Below are positions 30,103-41,747 of a stretch of DNA of 64,000 bases, piece after piece. How positions within the stretch are numbered: position 1 is the first letter of the stretch; every line of letters begins with the position of its first letter. The DNA comes from Euryarchaeota archaeon UBA439 (GTDB taxonomy: Archaea > Thermoplasmatota > Poseidoniia > Poseidoniales > Thalassarchaeaceae), in NCBI GenBank assembly GCA_002497245.1, contig DANB01000011.1:60612-124611 (forward strand), read 5' to 3'. The translations under genes and the position numbers were made by a program. The notes under the pieces are model-generated. The model did not search any database, was not told the origin of the DNA, and saw nothing but the letters and a program-made list of their open reading frames with translations.

Positions 30103-31758
30103 ATGAAGTATGTTGTAGTCACGGGAGGCGTCTTGTCAGGACTAGGTAAAGGGATTACAGCGAGTAGCATAGGAGTATTACTGAAATCCGCAGGACTGAG
30201 CGTCACTTCTGTAAAGATTGACCCTTATCTGAATTGTGATGCTGGAACGATGTCGCCGTTCGAACACGGCGAGGTATATGTTTTGGATGATGGGGGAGAA
30301 GTTGACTTGGATTTAGGGAATTATGAAAGATTTCTAGATATATCATTAACCAAGGATAATAACATAACTACAGGTAAAGTTTACCAATCTGTGATTGAAA
30401 GAGAGAGGAGAGGTGACTATCTTGGTAAAACTGTACAGGTCATCCCGCATATTACAAATGAAATTCAAGAGTGGATAGAAAGAGTTGCTAATACACCGAG
30501 TGACGGGACAAATAATACTCCAGATGCTTGTGTAATTGAATTAGGAGGGACTGTAGGGGATATTGAAAGTGCACCGTTTATAGAAGCCTTAAGGCAGTTC
30601 CAGTTTAGAGTTGGAGAAGAAAATATTTGCTTTGTCCATGTGAGTTTAGTACCTGTAATGGGGCCTGTTGGGGAACAAAAAACAAAGCCAACTCAACATA
30701 CTGTAAAAGAACTGAGAGGGCTGGGTATTATTCCAGATATTCTTGTTTGTAGATCAGAGAACCCATTAGACGAAGAAACAAGGGTGAAGTTGGCAGCTTT
30801 TTGTCATGTATCTCCAGATGCCGTGGTTTCAGCTCATGATGTATCGAATATATATCGGATTCCAATTCTATTAGAAGAACAAGGAGTTAGTGATGTACTT
30901 TCAAAAGAAATTGGTTTTGATTTACCAAAAACAAGGCCTCTTTTAGATGATTGGATAAGAATGGCTGAAACCGTAGATAATCTTGAAGAAGTAGTAAAAA
31001 TTGCTATGGTTGGTAAATATACTGGACTGTCAGATTCATATCTCAGTGTGATCAAGGCATTACAGCATTCATCATTTGAGGTAAATCGTAAACTTCAAAT
31101 TAATTGGATAGAAGCAGAGAATCTAGACGAAAAGATAAAACAAGAAAATTATGAAAAATATACTGAGGCTTGGGATGCACTAAAGGATTCGGATGGAATA
31201 CTTGTCCCAGGTGGTTTTGGAATCAGAGGCATAGAGGGCAAGATAAGGGCTGCAGAATATGCTAGAGTCAATAAAATACCATATCTTGGAGTTTGTCTTG
31301 GTTTACAAATTGCGACAATAGAATTCTGCAGAAATGTATTGGGTATGAAGGATGCAAACTCCACTGAATTTGATGAAGATACATCTCAACCAGCAGTAGT
31401 ATTCATGCCAGAGATATCAAAGACACATATGGGTGGAACAATGAGGCTGGGGACAAAACCAACACCGTTTCTCGTAGAAGACTGTAAAATAAAGAGGCTT
31501 TATGGAAATCAATCACATGTTGATGAGAGACATAGGCACAGATACGAGGTAAATCCAGAACTAATCTCAAAAATTGAAAGTGCGGGATTAATGTATGTTG
31601 GCAAAGATGAAACTGGTCAGAGATGTGAAATTATGGAGTTAAAAGACCACCCATATTACGTCGGAACACAATATCATCCAGAATTTAAATCAAGACCGGG
31701 GAGGCCCAGTCCTCCGTTTTTGGGACTTTTAATGGCTTCAATAGGGCAAAAGATTTGA
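30103..31758 (+). CDS. pyrG: CTP synthase
   Basis: [40 protein letters not shown] and HPEF motifs. Confidence 0.98.
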   Translation: MKYVVVTGGVLSGLGKGITASSIGVLLKSAGLSVTSVKIDPYLNCDAGTMSPFEHGEVYVLDDGGEVDLDLGNYERFLDISLTKDNNITTGKVYQSVIERERRGDYLGKTVQVIPHITNEIQEWIERVANTPSDGTNNTPDACVIELGGTVGDIESAPFIEALRQFQFRVGEENICFVHVSLVPVMGPVGEQKTKPTQHTVKELRGLGIIPDILVCRSENPLDEETRVKLAAFCHVSPDAVVSAHDVSNIYRIPILLEEQGVSDVLSKEIGFDLPKTRPLLDDWIRMAETVDNLEEVVKIAMVGKYTGLSDSYLSVIKALQHSSFEVNRKLQINWIEAENLDEKIKQENYEKYTEAWDALKDSDGILVPGGFGIRGIEGKIRAAEYARVNKIPYLGVCLGLQIATIEFCRNVLGMKDANSTEFDEDTSQPAVVFMPEISKTHMGGTMRLGTKPTPFLVEDCKIKRLYGNQSHVDERHRHRYEVNPELISKIESAGLMYVGKDETGQRCEIMELKDHPYYVGTQYHPEFKSRPGRPSPPFLGLLMASIGQKI

Positions 31759-31760
31759 AA

Positions 31761-32906
31761 TTAATCAACAATTATTGGGAGTACTCTAGTAGTTCTATAT
31801 CCTTGTAATACTTTCATATATTTTTTCTCAGAGAATCTATTATCCAACATTTCATCTCCGGTTTCTATACGTAAACGACGGACAGAAATCAATTTAGCGG
31901 GAGTAACTACACCTAATATATCATCAATTGGTATTTTTCTTAAAACACTAGGAGAAAGTTGTAAATTACCTCTCCCTATAAGGAAACCTTGGCCACCCAT
32001 AGGAGACAAGAGCAAAGTAACTTCGCCATTGTGTGAAGATAAAATGTCAATTAGTTGTTCTTCATTAAGATCGGTTCCTACCTGTTCTTTACCCAATGTA
32101 GCATCAATCCCTAGAACTGTCCCCTCAAAACCAATCATGTTAGAAATTGTTCTCAATGTCCCACCAGAACCCCAGATAACTAATCTATCATCATGAATTA
32201 ACAACTCTCGAATGTGATCTGCAAGTCCTTCTATTATCTCTTCTTCGCCTGTTGCCTCAACTCTCATTTTAGCACCTTGCATCCATCTGGGAGATGCAGG
32301 TGTCTTAACTTCGGCATACAATCTAACTACCCATTCGCCATTTCGATATTTATCTTCATCTAAATCAAGAACTTCGGTACTGGATAGTAACAAATCCCCA
32401 TTCAACCATGACGAAAGTACTTCTGCACCAGCTTTAGGAGATGAAGCAAAACATCCAGAATGCATTTTAACACCACAAGGAATACCAATTACGGGTATAC
32501 TAGATTTATTTTGAGAATCTAAAGCCGATACTATATCTCGTGTGGTTCCATCACCACCAGCATACAGTATTAAATCAATATTTGAATCAATGAGCAGAGA
32601 GACTAATGTGGAGGTATCAGACTGGCTTGTAAATCCTGGAGATTCATGAATTAAGTTGAAATTACCTATAGAGATATTATCAGGTATCCATTGGCTACCC
32701 ATTCTTCCCTTGCTTGTATACCATTGGATATCTTTGTCATTATCATAAATTTTACTGAAATATAACAAGGCATCACTTACTCTTGGACCTGCCCTGTCTT
32801 CTGCACCCATTGAACGAGCAAAATTAGCTTGGCCATCTGAGCCCTTTAAGCCCAATCTACCGCCTAAACCAGCATCAGGATTAACCAACAAGCCAATGCG
32901 CATCAT
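31761..32906 (-). CDS. ATP-NAD kinase-like protein (COG3199)
   Basis: [30 protein letters not shown] and [10 protein letters not shown] motifs. Confidence 0.8.
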   Translation of the reverse strand: MMRIGLLVNPDAGLGGRLGLKGSDGQANFARSMGAEDRAGPRVSDALLYFSKIYDNDKDIQWYTSKGRMGSQWIPDNISIGNFNLIHESPGFTSQSDTSTLVSLLIDSNIDLILYAGGDGTTRDIVSALDSQNKSSIPVIGIPCGVKMHSGCFASSPKAGAEVLSSWLNGDLLLSSTEVLDLDEDKYRNGEWVVRLYAEVKTPASPRWMQGAKMRVEATGEEEIIEGLADHIRELLIHDDRLVIWGSGGTLRTISNMIGFEGTVLGIDATLGKEQVGTDLNEEQLIDILSSHNGEVTLLLSPMGGQGFLIGRGNLQLSPSVLRKIPIDDILGVVTPAKLISVRRLRIETGDEMLDNRFSEKKYMKVLQGYRTTRVLPIIVD

Positions 32907-32959
32907 ATCACTCGCAAAGGGCGTGTGTTAATATCAATACAGCCTACGGGTTTACCATA

Positions 32960-33868
32960 ATGCGTATCGTAATTGCACTTGGGGGGAACGCTCTTCTTCA
33001 GAGAGGGGATGAAATGACTGCTGATAATCAAAGAGAAAATATCAGAGTCGCCGTGAAAGCTTTAGCACCAATTATTGAGGAACATGAAGTAGTAATTAGT
33101 CATGGAAATGGTCCTCAAGTTGGTCTTCTATCATTACAGTCTGCTGCTTACAAAGAAGTTGAAGAATATCCTCTTGATATTTTAGGTGCGCAAACTCAAG
33201 GGATGATTGGTTATATGATTGAACAAGAATTAGGCAATCTTCTACCAATTGAAAAGCCTATTGCATCTATCCTAACAATGGTAGAAATAGACCCCGAAGA
33301 CCCTGCATTTTCAAATCCAACGAAGCCGATTGGTCCAGTATATACTGAAGATCAGGCTAAAAATCTGGCAAAAATTAAAGGTTGGGACATTAAAAATGAT
33401 GGAGAATATTGGAGAAGAGTTGTTCCTTCACCGGAACCTCATCGAATTTTTCAGTTAAGGCCTATTCATTGGTTATTGGAAAAGGGAACAGTGGTCATAT
33501 GTGCAGGAGGTGGCGGAATTCCTACATCTTACGCTGAAAAGGGTAAATTAGAGGGAGTCGAGGTTGTAATTGATAAAGATAGAGCCAGTTCTTTACTAGC
33601 CTTCGAGTTAGATGCTGATTTACTCATTATGGCAACTGATACAGAAGGAGTTTACCTTGATTGGGGGAGCGATTTGGAAAGAATTATTTCAAAAACAACA
33701 CCAGAAGAAATTAGAAAATATAAATTTGATAATGGTTCGATGGGGCCAAAAGTTGAGGCTGCCTGTACCTTTGTTGAACGCTCAGGACAAAGAGCAGCGA
33801 TTGGATCTCTGAATGACATTCAAAAAATGGTGGATGGTTTAGCGGGAACACAATTTTTACTGGAATAA
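32960..33868 (+). CDS. arcC: Carbamate kinase
   Basis: [35 protein letters not shown] and GSMGPKV motifs. Confidence 0.95.
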   Translation: MRIVIALGGNALLQRGDEMTADNQRENIRVAVKALAPIIEEHEVVISHGNGPQVGLLSLQSAAYKEVEEYPLDILGAQTQGMIGYMIEQELGNLLPIEKPIASILTMVEIDPEDPAFSNPTKPIGPVYTEDQAKNLAKIKGWDIKNDGEYWRRVVPSPEPHRIFQLRPIHWLLEKGTVVICAGGGGIPTSYAEKGKLEGVEVVIDKDRASSLLAFELDADLLIMATDTEGVYLDWGSDLERIISKTTPEEIRKYKFDNGSMGPKVEAACTFVERSGQRAAIGSLNDIQKMVDGLAGTQFLLE

Positions 33869-33943
33869 CTTTTACATTTGTGATTAAATAAGCAAGGTAT
33901 TCATATCATTGTCGTGTCGGGATAGATTACGGAGGCGGAGTGA

Positions 33944-35908
33944 ATGTCGATGATACAAGTAAAAATCAATGACGAAGAAACACATGAATACGCATCCGGA
34001 ATTACTGCAGGAGATATCTTGCAGAATGTCTATGGGAAAAGAAGTGGTGCAGTAGCTGCAAATATTGATGGCATAGAAAGAGATATGTCATTTACAATCA
34101 ACGAAGATTGTGAAATTGAGCCAATCTTAGGAGAATCAGAGCAGGGTTTGTACATTCTTAGGCACTCTTGCGCGCATCTACTTGCGCAAGCTGTTGTTGA
34201 AATATTCCCCGATGCTAAGCCTACAATAGGACCGCCTATTGAACATGGTTTCTACTATGACTTCCATATGAATCCAATAGGCGATGCTGATCTCAAAAAA
34301 ATAGAAAAAAGGATGCAACAACTTGTTAGGGAAAATATTAAAATTCATAGAGAAGAATATGAAAATAGCGAATTAAGAGAAATGTTTCAAGGAAATAAAT
34401 TCAAAATTGAAATCATGGATGATAAAATAGGAAATGAAGTCGGTTCAACCGCCTATAGACAAGGTGATTTTGTTGATTTATGTAGAGGCCCGCACGTACC
34501 ATCAACTTCTCACCTTAGATGGTTCAAATTAACAAGTACGAGTCAGGCATATTGGAGAGCAGATAGGAATAGAGAACCCCTGACTCGAATTTATGGTATG
34601 TGTTATGCAACTAAAGAAGGGTTGAAAGAAAGACAAAGGCAAATCGAAGAAGCTAGTAAAAGAGATCATAAAAAAATTGGGAAGGAAATGGAGCTTTATA
34701 TGATCGATGAGATGATTGGAAAAGGCCTGCCAGTTTGGCTACCTAACGGAGAAATTCTAAAATCAGAAATAGAAAGATATGCATTGGAAACCGAAGATGA
34801 ATATGGGTATGATAGAGTTACAACTCCAGTTTTAGCGAAAAAAGAATTGTTCGAATGTAGTGGCCACCTCCCACATTATGCTGAAGGAATGTATCCTCCA
34901 ATGGAAATGGATGATGGAACTTATTATCTAAAAGCTATGAACTGTCCAATGCATCACTTAGTTTTTAGTAATAAAAAAAGATCATATAGAGAACTTCCAC
35001 TAAGAATTGCAGAGTATGGTACAGTGTATAGGAATGAAATGTCGGGAACTTTAGCAGGTCTATTAAGGGTCAGAATGTTATCAATGAATGATGCACACAT
35101 CTATTGTACCCTTGAACAAGTTGGACAAGAGGTTGCGAGTAATATAAAAATGGTTCAAGATTATTATTCATCATTTGGGTTTGAAAATTATCACTTCAGA
35201 TTATCGCTTTGGGACCCTGAAAATACTGATAAATACATCAAACAACCAGAAAATTGGAATTCTACTCAAAATCATCTAAGAAGAATATTGGATGAACTAA
35301 AGGTACCTTATGTAGAAGCAATCGGTGAAGCAGCATTTTATGGACCTAAAATCGACATTCAGTTTACAACAGCCTTAGGAAGAGAAGAATCGATGTCTAC
35401 AATACAACTTGATTTTGCAGCTAAGGAACGTTTTGAACTTAGTTATAAAGATGAAAAGGGAGAAGAAAATGGTGAAGTATTTGTCATTCATAGAGCACCA
35501 CTATCAACTCATGAAAGATTTGTTGCATTCCTAACAGAACATTGGGCAGGAAACTTCCCTACTTGGCTATCACCCAAACAAATTCAAATAATTACTATTT
35601 CTGAGAAACAAAAAGAATATGCAAGAGAGGTTGAGAAGTCTTTAGCAGATATTGGAGTTAGAGTTTCTGTAGATGACTCAGACGCAACCATTGGGAAGAA
35701 AATACGTATGCATAGGAAAATGCGTCCCGCATATATGTTAATTCTAGGAGAAGACGAAGAAAAAGGAAAAACTGTTTCGATTAGAATTGATCGGAAAGGC
35801 GAACCAAGAAGTGGAGAACAACGTAATGGAGTCCCTCTAAATGAATTCTTAGAAAAACTATCCGAAGAAATTACTTCTAGAAGTAAAGACTTATCATTAG
35901 TAAAATAA
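33944..35908 (+). CDS. thrS: Threonine--tRNA ligase (bacterial-type, TGS plus editing domain)
   Basis: RHSCAH, CRGPH, RDHKKIG, MNCP, FYGPKID and IHRA motifs. Confidence 0.97.
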   Translation: MSMIQVKINDEETHEYASGITAGDILQNVYGKRSGAVAANIDGIERDMSFTINEDCEIEPILGESEQGLYILRHSCAHLLAQAVVEIFPDAKPTIGPPIEHGFYYDFHMNPIGDADLKKIEKRMQQLVRENIKIHREEYENSELREMFQGNKFKIEIMDDKIGNEVGSTAYRQGDFVDLCRGPHVPSTSHLRWFKLTSTSQAYWRADRNREPLTRIYGMCYATKEGLKERQRQIEEASKRDHKKIGKEMELYMIDEMIGKGLPVWLPNGEILKSEIERYALETEDEYGYDRVTTPVLAKKELFECSGHLPHYAEGMYPPMEMDDGTYYLKAMNCPMHHLVFSNKKRSYRELPLRIAEYGTVYRNEMSGTLAGLLRVRMLSMNDAHIYCTLEQVGQEVASNIKMVQDYYSSFGFENYHFRLSLWDPENTDKYIKQPENWNSTQNHLRRILDELKVPYVEAIGEAAFYGPKIDIQFTTALGREESMSTIQLDFAAKERFELSYKDEKGEENGEVFVIHRAPLSTHERFVAFLTEHWAGNFPTWLSPKQIQIITISEKQKEYAREVEKSLADIGVRVSVDDSDATIGKKIRMHRKMRPAYMLILGEDEEKGKTVSIRIDRKGEPRSGEQRNGVPLNEFLEKLSEEITSRSKDLSLVK

Positions 35909-35924
35909 ATATCGAGGTTTCTAT

Positions 35925-36764
35925 ATGGAAGAGGAGGAAATCGTAAATATTGCTGGTTATCGCTTTGTAAATCTAGATGATAGAGATGAGCTAAGACAAC
36001 CTTTCCGATTTATTTGTGAAAAGCTAAATCTCAAAGGAACTATTTTATTGAGTAGGAACGGAATTAATTTCTTTCTTGCTGGAAATAAAAAATCTATAGA
36101 TTCTTACATAGAATTCCTAGAATCTGATAAAAGATTCACCGATATACCATTAAAAATAAGTTACACCGATTATCAACCATTTAGAAGAATGCTTGTTAGA
36201 CTTAAAAAGGAAATTATTTCATTAGGTTTAGATGAAGTTAGACCAGCAGAATTCACTGCACCTAATATCAAACCTCAAGATTTTAAGAATATGTTAGATA
36301 ATAATGAAGATATATTAATTCTAGATACAAGAAATGATTATGAAACTAGAGTGGGTTTATTTGAGAATGCAATTGATCTCAATTTATCAACATTCAGAGA
36401 TTTTCCAGAAGCCATCTCAGACCTTCCTGAAGAGTATAAAACAAAACAAATAGTAATGTATTGTACAGGTGGAATCAGATGTGAAAAGGCATCAGTGGTA
36501 ATGATGAATGCAGGATTTGAAAATGTCAAACAATTAGAGGGCGGCATTCTTGGATATTTTGAAGAGACTGATGGTTCTTATTGGAATGGGGACTGTTTTG
36601 TCTTTGATCAAAGAGTTGCAGTAGATACCGATTTAAATGAAACAGAATACTCAATGTGCTTCGCTTGTAGAGAACCTCTAACGAAGAAAGAAAGAAGATC
36701 TAATGATTATAAATTTGATTCTTATTGCCCATATTGTGTAGAAAAAAATAAAAATGACTCCTAG
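35925..36764 (+). CDS. trhO: TrhO/YceA-family rhodanese-domain tRNA U34 hydroxylase
   Basis: KGTILL..GIN, KKEII, DTRNDYE, YCTGGIRCEK, GGILGY, CFVFDQR and a C-terminal CxxC...CPxC. Confidence 0.82.
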   Translation: MEEEEIVNIAGYRFVNLDDRDELRQPFRFICEKLNLKGTILLSRNGINFFLAGNKKSIDSYIEFLESDKRFTDIPLKISYTDYQPFRRMLVRLKKEIISLGLDEVRPAEFTAPNIKPQDFKNMLDNNEDILILDTRNDYETRVGLFENAIDLNLSTFRDFPEAISDLPEEYKTKQIVMYCTGGIRCEKASVVMMNAGFENVKQLEGGILGYFEETDGSYWNGDCFVFDQRVAVDTDLNETEYSMCFACREPLTKKERRSNDYKFDSYCPYCVEKNKNDS

Positions 36765-38479
36765 ATTCTTCGTCTAAGGTTCTCGATGATTTCATCAGTT
36801 TCTCCTAATAATGAAAGTGTAGAGTCTATATCTCCTTCATCTAATAATTTCTTACATCCAGAAATTTTGCTCTCAGCGTTCATTCTCATTGGATCATTGA
36901 CTTTAATGTTAGAAGAATCTAGTTTTTTTCTTAAGTCAATCCACTCACTTTCTACGAATGTGTATAATTCTAAAGCCTCTGATTTTGATTTTTCATATAT
37001 TTGAAGATCTTTTGTAAGTGATTCTAAAAGTCTAGATGCTTCAACCCACTGTTCTAAATCTACTTTATCTTCAATATTCTTCAATTCGTTTCTCCACCCA
37101 TCACCAGATTGGCCAGTAGGAAATCTTGCAATCAATTTTTTCCTCTGCCTAAGTGCGCGTTGTACTTTTTGCATGGATTCAGAAACCTTATTTATATCTC
37201 TGATAATACTTGTAGCCAATCCTTTAGCAAGTGAAGAATTGCCTGAATCTAATGCATTCTTTGACTCTAATAATCTCTCTTTAGTACTAATTGAGAAACT
37301 GTCATCAACATCTTGGATTGCCTTTTCTGCTTCGATTATTGCTTCTTTGGCTTCTATTGTAGTAGCTTCTAAACTGTCAAGATGTCCGGAAACTGAAGAT
37401 GCTATCTTAATTGCTTCAATTGGATTCTCCGATTCAAGTGCTTCCTTTGCAGAATCAATTATATTTTTTATTGAGTCTAATTGGATCTGTTGAATATTAG
37501 AGATTAATTCTTCAGCACCTGCAATTTCATCAACTGCATTTTGCCAATATTGAATTACCTCCTCGGACTTCTTTTTGGAAAGCCGGAAAAATATCTCTGC
37601 TTCCCTTAGTGACCCGAAATCAGATTCTTTTTCTCCAGATTCAAATGCCTCTCTTGGACCGTTTATTCCAGGGGCTATGGATTCTGCTTTCTTCAAAAAT
37701 AGATAAGTTTCTTGTTTTATGTCATCTAAGTCTCTAGTCAACGCTTGAACTCTTTCAATTTCTTCTTCAGCGAGTGATATTGCCTCCATGCCTCTCTCAG
37801 GATCATTCCAACATTCCTCTCTTGCTTTCTTCAAAATTGAAGAGGCTTGTTCTAGAGAGATTCCTTTGCTTCGTAATAGTAATACTTGCCCTTCAACGGT
37901 ATCAAGTTTCTTGATGAATTTTTTTCTTGATTTGTGATTCATATCCTTGGATAATAAGTCAGGAGCCATAGTAACTAATACACAAATTAAGACAAATAAA
38001 TAAACGTACATTTCCGACGAAATGGAATACATAATTGAGGCTGCAAATGCGAGTCCGAGAAAACTAGTCAGTCCTCTCCATCTTCTAGATGAATGAGTTA
38101 TAGAAAGGTTTTTTCTAGCAACAGACCAAAGAAATATTGCTAATAGAAAATATATTAATCCCGATATTAAAGCGTCATTATATTCGATATTAGAGACTGA
38201 TAATGCTAACAAACTAGGATAAGAGATATTAGCAATTACACCTAATCTAGATCTCTGAATTAGTCCATAATCAATCAAGTCAATTACAACTAATGAAGAA
38301 ATAAATATCATAGATATTGGGCCTAAGCGAGGTAATAGCTCTGGCGAACCAAATAAACCAGAGAATAACCACCAGGATGCAGAAAAAATAAGTAAAAAAG
38401 TTACAGATAATGCTATTCTTTCAACTCGAACTCTATGATCTCGAATCACTCGATCAGGGTAGTCGGGTAGTAGAATCAC
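36761..38479 (-). CDS. Membrane protein with long coiled-coil C-terminus
   Basis: About six N-terminal TM helices followed by an E/K/A-rich helical region. Confidence 0.75.
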   Translation of the reverse strand: MILLPDYPDRVIRDHRVRVERIALSVTFLLIFSASWWLFSGLFGSPELLPRLGPISMIFISSLVVIDLIDYGLIQRSRLGVIANISYPSLLALSVSNIEYNDALISGLIYFLLAIFLWSVARKNLSITHSSRRWRGLTSFLGLAFAASIMYSISSEMYVYLFVLICVLVTMAPDLLSKDMNHKSRKKFIKKLDTVEGQVLLLRSKGISLEQASSILKKAREECWNDPERGMEAISLAEEEIERVQALTRDLDDIKQETYLFLKKAESIAPGINGPREAFESGEKESDFGSLREAEIFFRLSKKKSEEVIQYWQNAVDEIAGAEELISNIQQIQLDSIKNIIDSAKEALESENPIEAIKIASSVSGHLDSLEATTIEAKEAIIEAEKAIQDVDDSFSISTKERLLESKNALDSGNSSLAKGLATSIIRDINKVSESMQKVQRALRQRKKLIARFPTGQSGDGWRNELKNIEDKVDLEQWVEASRLLESLTKDLQIYEKSKSEALELYTFVESEWIDLRKKLDSSNIKVNDPMRMNAESKISGCKKLLDEGDIDSTLSLLGETDEIIENLRRRI

Positions 38480-38531
38480 AATTAATCACAATGTGTTATG
38501 ACTCATGAGTGCTGCGGATATTTGTTTCAGA

Positions 38532-40637
38532 TTATGGCCTTTGAGAATCTACTCCCCAGAGCTTATTCACAATAATAACAAATAATGATAAAAATACAAA
38601 GACTAACAAAACTGTTTGTATTGGTTTTTGCCAAGATGGTTCAACTGGAATGTTAGATTCAATATTTATTTGACCATTCTCTCCTGCACTCTCACTCTGC
38701 CACTTAAAGTATGTACTGATCGGAGTCGAACTGCTCAACTCAAAACTCAATTCTACATCGAAATATCCGGGAGAGTTAGAATTTGCAGCGGGCACTCCAA
38801 CGAATGGCCCACATTGACTATCTACACAAAACTGCCCAGACCCAGATGATGCTCTATTATTTTTCAGAGATGCTGAAAATAAAACCGTGTTCCCCTCAAT
38901 TAGTTTACCATCAATTTCGGTAGAAATCAATTCAATATCTACACCCAAACTTGGAGAAATTGCTAATCCAAATGCAAGATTCTGATGATTCAAAGAAGAA
39001 TCATATGCATCTATACTAAAGACATGAGTCCCAGAAGTAAACGGTCCAAGAGTCATTTTATCTATTTGATTCATTGTAACATTATCAAGAATTATTCCAT
39101 TATCAATTGATAAAGACCACCTGGTATCATTAATTGAATCTAAATCGTCAAAAGACTGTTGTAGAGAGATTGTAATTAAATCCCCCTCTCTAGCTAGATT
39201 ATTAGATGAAATCGATTGATTATTGATTATTAAGTCGGGAACTATTGTTGGCCCTATACCATCCAAAACAATTATTTCCCATTCTTCATAAATCGTATTT
39301 CCGGCATCATCAGAAATTGTCAGATTAACTGACCATGATGTAGGGGGCTTAGCTTTATGACGTTCAGAAAGATTTAGATGAAGCCCGTTTACATTATCAT
39401 TTTGATAAAATGCATCGGAGAAATCAAGATTATTTACATCTCTATGAATATAATTAGGAGTCTTATTTGATATAATTTTAATATCCACAGGTGATTCAGA
39501 ATTAGGGTCATTTGCTGAAATATTAAATGAAATACTTGTATCTGATTTAACTGCTATAGATTGATTAATATCAAATGTGATTATCTCATTATTTTCATTT
39601 ATGTAAGAGATTACTGATTCCCAAGTTGGGAAAATAGAATCAATTACTATCTCCTCATACCATGTATCTGTAACATTAAACCAATCTTTACAATACATAG
39701 CTATGCTAGCAACATCTCCTTCTTGAAAACCATAATCTTGAGAAATGAAACTTAGATTAGAGCCATAGTGCGTCAAAACAAGAGTATCATTATTTGACAA
39801 TGTCCACCATTGTTGATTATTATCTAAAGTACTATCATCACATTCTCCATAATATAATGTATTAGAGGTTAAAGTAATCATTGTTCCAGTTGAAGTTCTG
39901 TAACCCAAAGCATTGGGCATTTGATTATTAGAAATTGTTACTCGAATATTACTTGCAACATTTGCTTCAGAGCGATTTACAATAAATTCACCGGGTTCTC
40001 CAGAAAATATTTCTCCCATTGCACTATATGTGTATTCCCAATCTGCTGGAAGAAAAATCATTAACGGAACTTCTTCAACTAATGAACCGACCCTGGGGAA
40101 ATCAATAATTCTAGTAACACGACTATCTGTATGCCCTATCAAATCAGTTGACTCATTCCACCCCCATGTGGAGTTTTCTAATTCTATTGGACCTGCCACT
40201 ACTTTAGACGTAAGTAAATTAACTCCTTGGGGCGAATAAAGAGGATTATAATCAAAAATACAGCAACCACCATTTTCAGAATTGGTCCAGTTTCTTTCTG
40301 TACGAAATAATTGGTCAAATAAATCTGATTCATTTGAATCAATAAAGCCATCAGAGTTTCCTAGATGGATATCAATTTGAGCCCTAAGTCCTAATTCCGA
40401 ATTCAGAAGAAGATCGGTTCCAATCTGATCAGAGAGGATTATAGATGACTCCCAAGAGGCATTAAATTCTGAATTAACTTCTATTTCATCTTCTATAATA
40501 AATTTCGAATAACCTGTAATTGAAGAAAGAATATCTTCATCACTAATATTTTGATCAGCTGTAGCACTAACAGAAGTGTTATTCAAGCTAAAAATAACTA
40601 GGAATACCAATAAAAATGATAATGTATTTTTGTTCAT
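38532..40637 (-). CDS. Secreted acidic membrane-anchored surface protein
   Basis: Signal peptide MNKNTLSFLLVFLVIF, Ig-like beta-rich body, C-terminal TM. Confidence 0.72.
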   Translation of the reverse strand: MNKNTLSFLLVFLVIFSLNNTSVSATADQNISDEDILSSITGYSKFIIEDEIEVNSEFNASWESSIILSDQIGTDLLLNSELGLRAQIDIHLGNSDGFIDSNESDLFDQLFRTERNWTNSENGGCCIFDYNPLYSPQGVNLLTSKVVAGPIELENSTWGWNESTDLIGHTDSRVTRIIDFPRVGSLVEEVPLMIFLPADWEYTYSAMGEIFSGEPGEFIVNRSEANVASNIRVTISNNQMPNALGYRTSTGTMITLTSNTLYYGECDDSTLDNNQQWWTLSNNDTLVLTHYGSNLSFISQDYGFQEGDVASIAMYCKDWFNVTDTWYEEIVIDSIFPTWESVISYINENNEIITFDINQSIAVKSDTSISFNISANDPNSESPVDIKIISNKTPNYIHRDVNNLDFSDAFYQNDNVNGLHLNLSERHKAKPPTSWSVNLTISDDAGNTIYEEWEIIVLDGIGPTIVPDLIINNQSISSNNLAREGDLITISLQQSFDDLDSINDTRWSLSIDNGIILDNVTMNQIDKMTLGPFTSGTHVFSIDAYDSSLNHQNLAFGLAISPSLGVDIELISTEIDGKLIEGNTVLFSASLKNNRASSGSGQFCVDSQCGPFVGVPAANSNSPGYFDVELSFELSSSTPISTYFKWQSESAGENGQINIESNIPVEPSWQKPIQTVLLVFVFLSLFVIIVNKLWGVDSQRP

Positions 40638-40641
40638 CTTT

Positions 40642-41634
40642 TCACACTCTTGAATCATTAAAAATGATTGATGAACCATTAAAGTCAATGTTCAGAGGTA
40701 ACATTCTATGCTCAGAAGAGAACTCAGATTGTAATTTTTCACGAAGTTGTGGGTCTCCATGGACAAGGAAGAATCCTCCGCCTCCAGCACCTAATAATTT
40801 AGCCCCATTAGCACCATTAGACATTATTCGGCTATACATCTCATCAAGAAAATCGTTGCTTACATTTGAAGAAATACCTCTTTTCATGGACCATGCTTCA
40901 TTGAGAAGAATACCTAGTTTTGATAATTCTCCTGAAGAAAGGAAATTTCTCGCTTCATCTGCCTGTTCCCTTATTCTAATTAGATTATCAATGGCAGATT
41001 TCCCCTCTTCTTCAGAATTTAATAGTACAGCAGAAGCAGAACGATTCTGACCAGTGAAGATAAGAGTGAATTCATCTGAAATATTCAACTGTGTTTTCTC
41101 AGAAATATTAATTGGATCAACGATTACATTTCCATCGGGACAGAACCTGATTGAGTTTATCCCGCCGAAAGATGCAGCGTATTGATCTTGTCTACCAATA
41201 GGCTGACCCAGTATCTTAATCTCAATTTCACATGCTTCAGATGCCAATTGAGATGCCGAAACATTTCGCCCGGCGAAACAATGTAAAGCATTTAGCAAAC
41301 CTACAGTGACTGCAGAAGAAGAACCTAAACCGGTCCCTCTAGATGGAATATCGGCTATTGTAGTGATTTCAACTCCAGAAGTAACACCAGTTATTCTCAT
41401 CGATTCACGAACTAATTCATGTTCAAGGTCTTCAAAATTGTCTACAACTTCTAACTTTGAATAAGATAATCTAATTCTTTCATCAAAACGCCTATTGACA
41501 ATTACGTGAATGTATCGATCAATGGCAAGAGATGTAACCATTCCGCCCTTTTCAGAGGTCTTAGAGAACCAATCTACGTCGGTTCCACCGCCACAAAATG
41601 AAACTCGAACTGGCGTCCGACTGATTATCATCAT
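40642..41634 (-). CDS. GHMP-family sugar kinase (HddA-like)
   Basis: PVRVSFCGGGTD, GTGLGSSSA, GRQDQYA and GAKLLGAGGGG motifs. Confidence 0.88.
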   Translation of the reverse strand: MMIISRTPVRVSFCGGGTDVDWFSKTSEKGGMVTSLAIDRYIHVIVNRRFDERIRLSYSKLEVVDNFEDLEHELVRESMRITGVTSGVEITTIADIPSRGTGLGSSSAVTVGLLNALHCFAGRNVSASQLASEACEIEIKILGQPIGRQDQYAASFGGINSIRFCPDGNVIVDPINISEKTQLNISDEFTLIFTGQNRSASAVLLNSEEEGKSAIDNLIRIREQADEARNFLSSGELSKLGILLNEAWSMKRGISSNVSNDFLDEMYSRIMSNGANGAKLLGAGGGGFFLVHGDPQLREKLQSEFSSEHRMLPLNIDFNGSSIIFNDSRV

Positions 41635-41747
41635 GCTTATGGGATAATTCATTACTCATCAAGACAGCGGAATACGGTCATCAAAGGTTATACTTAGAGG
41701 GCAATACATATGACCGACTTCTGACGCGATTAACTAGGGGAACGAGT

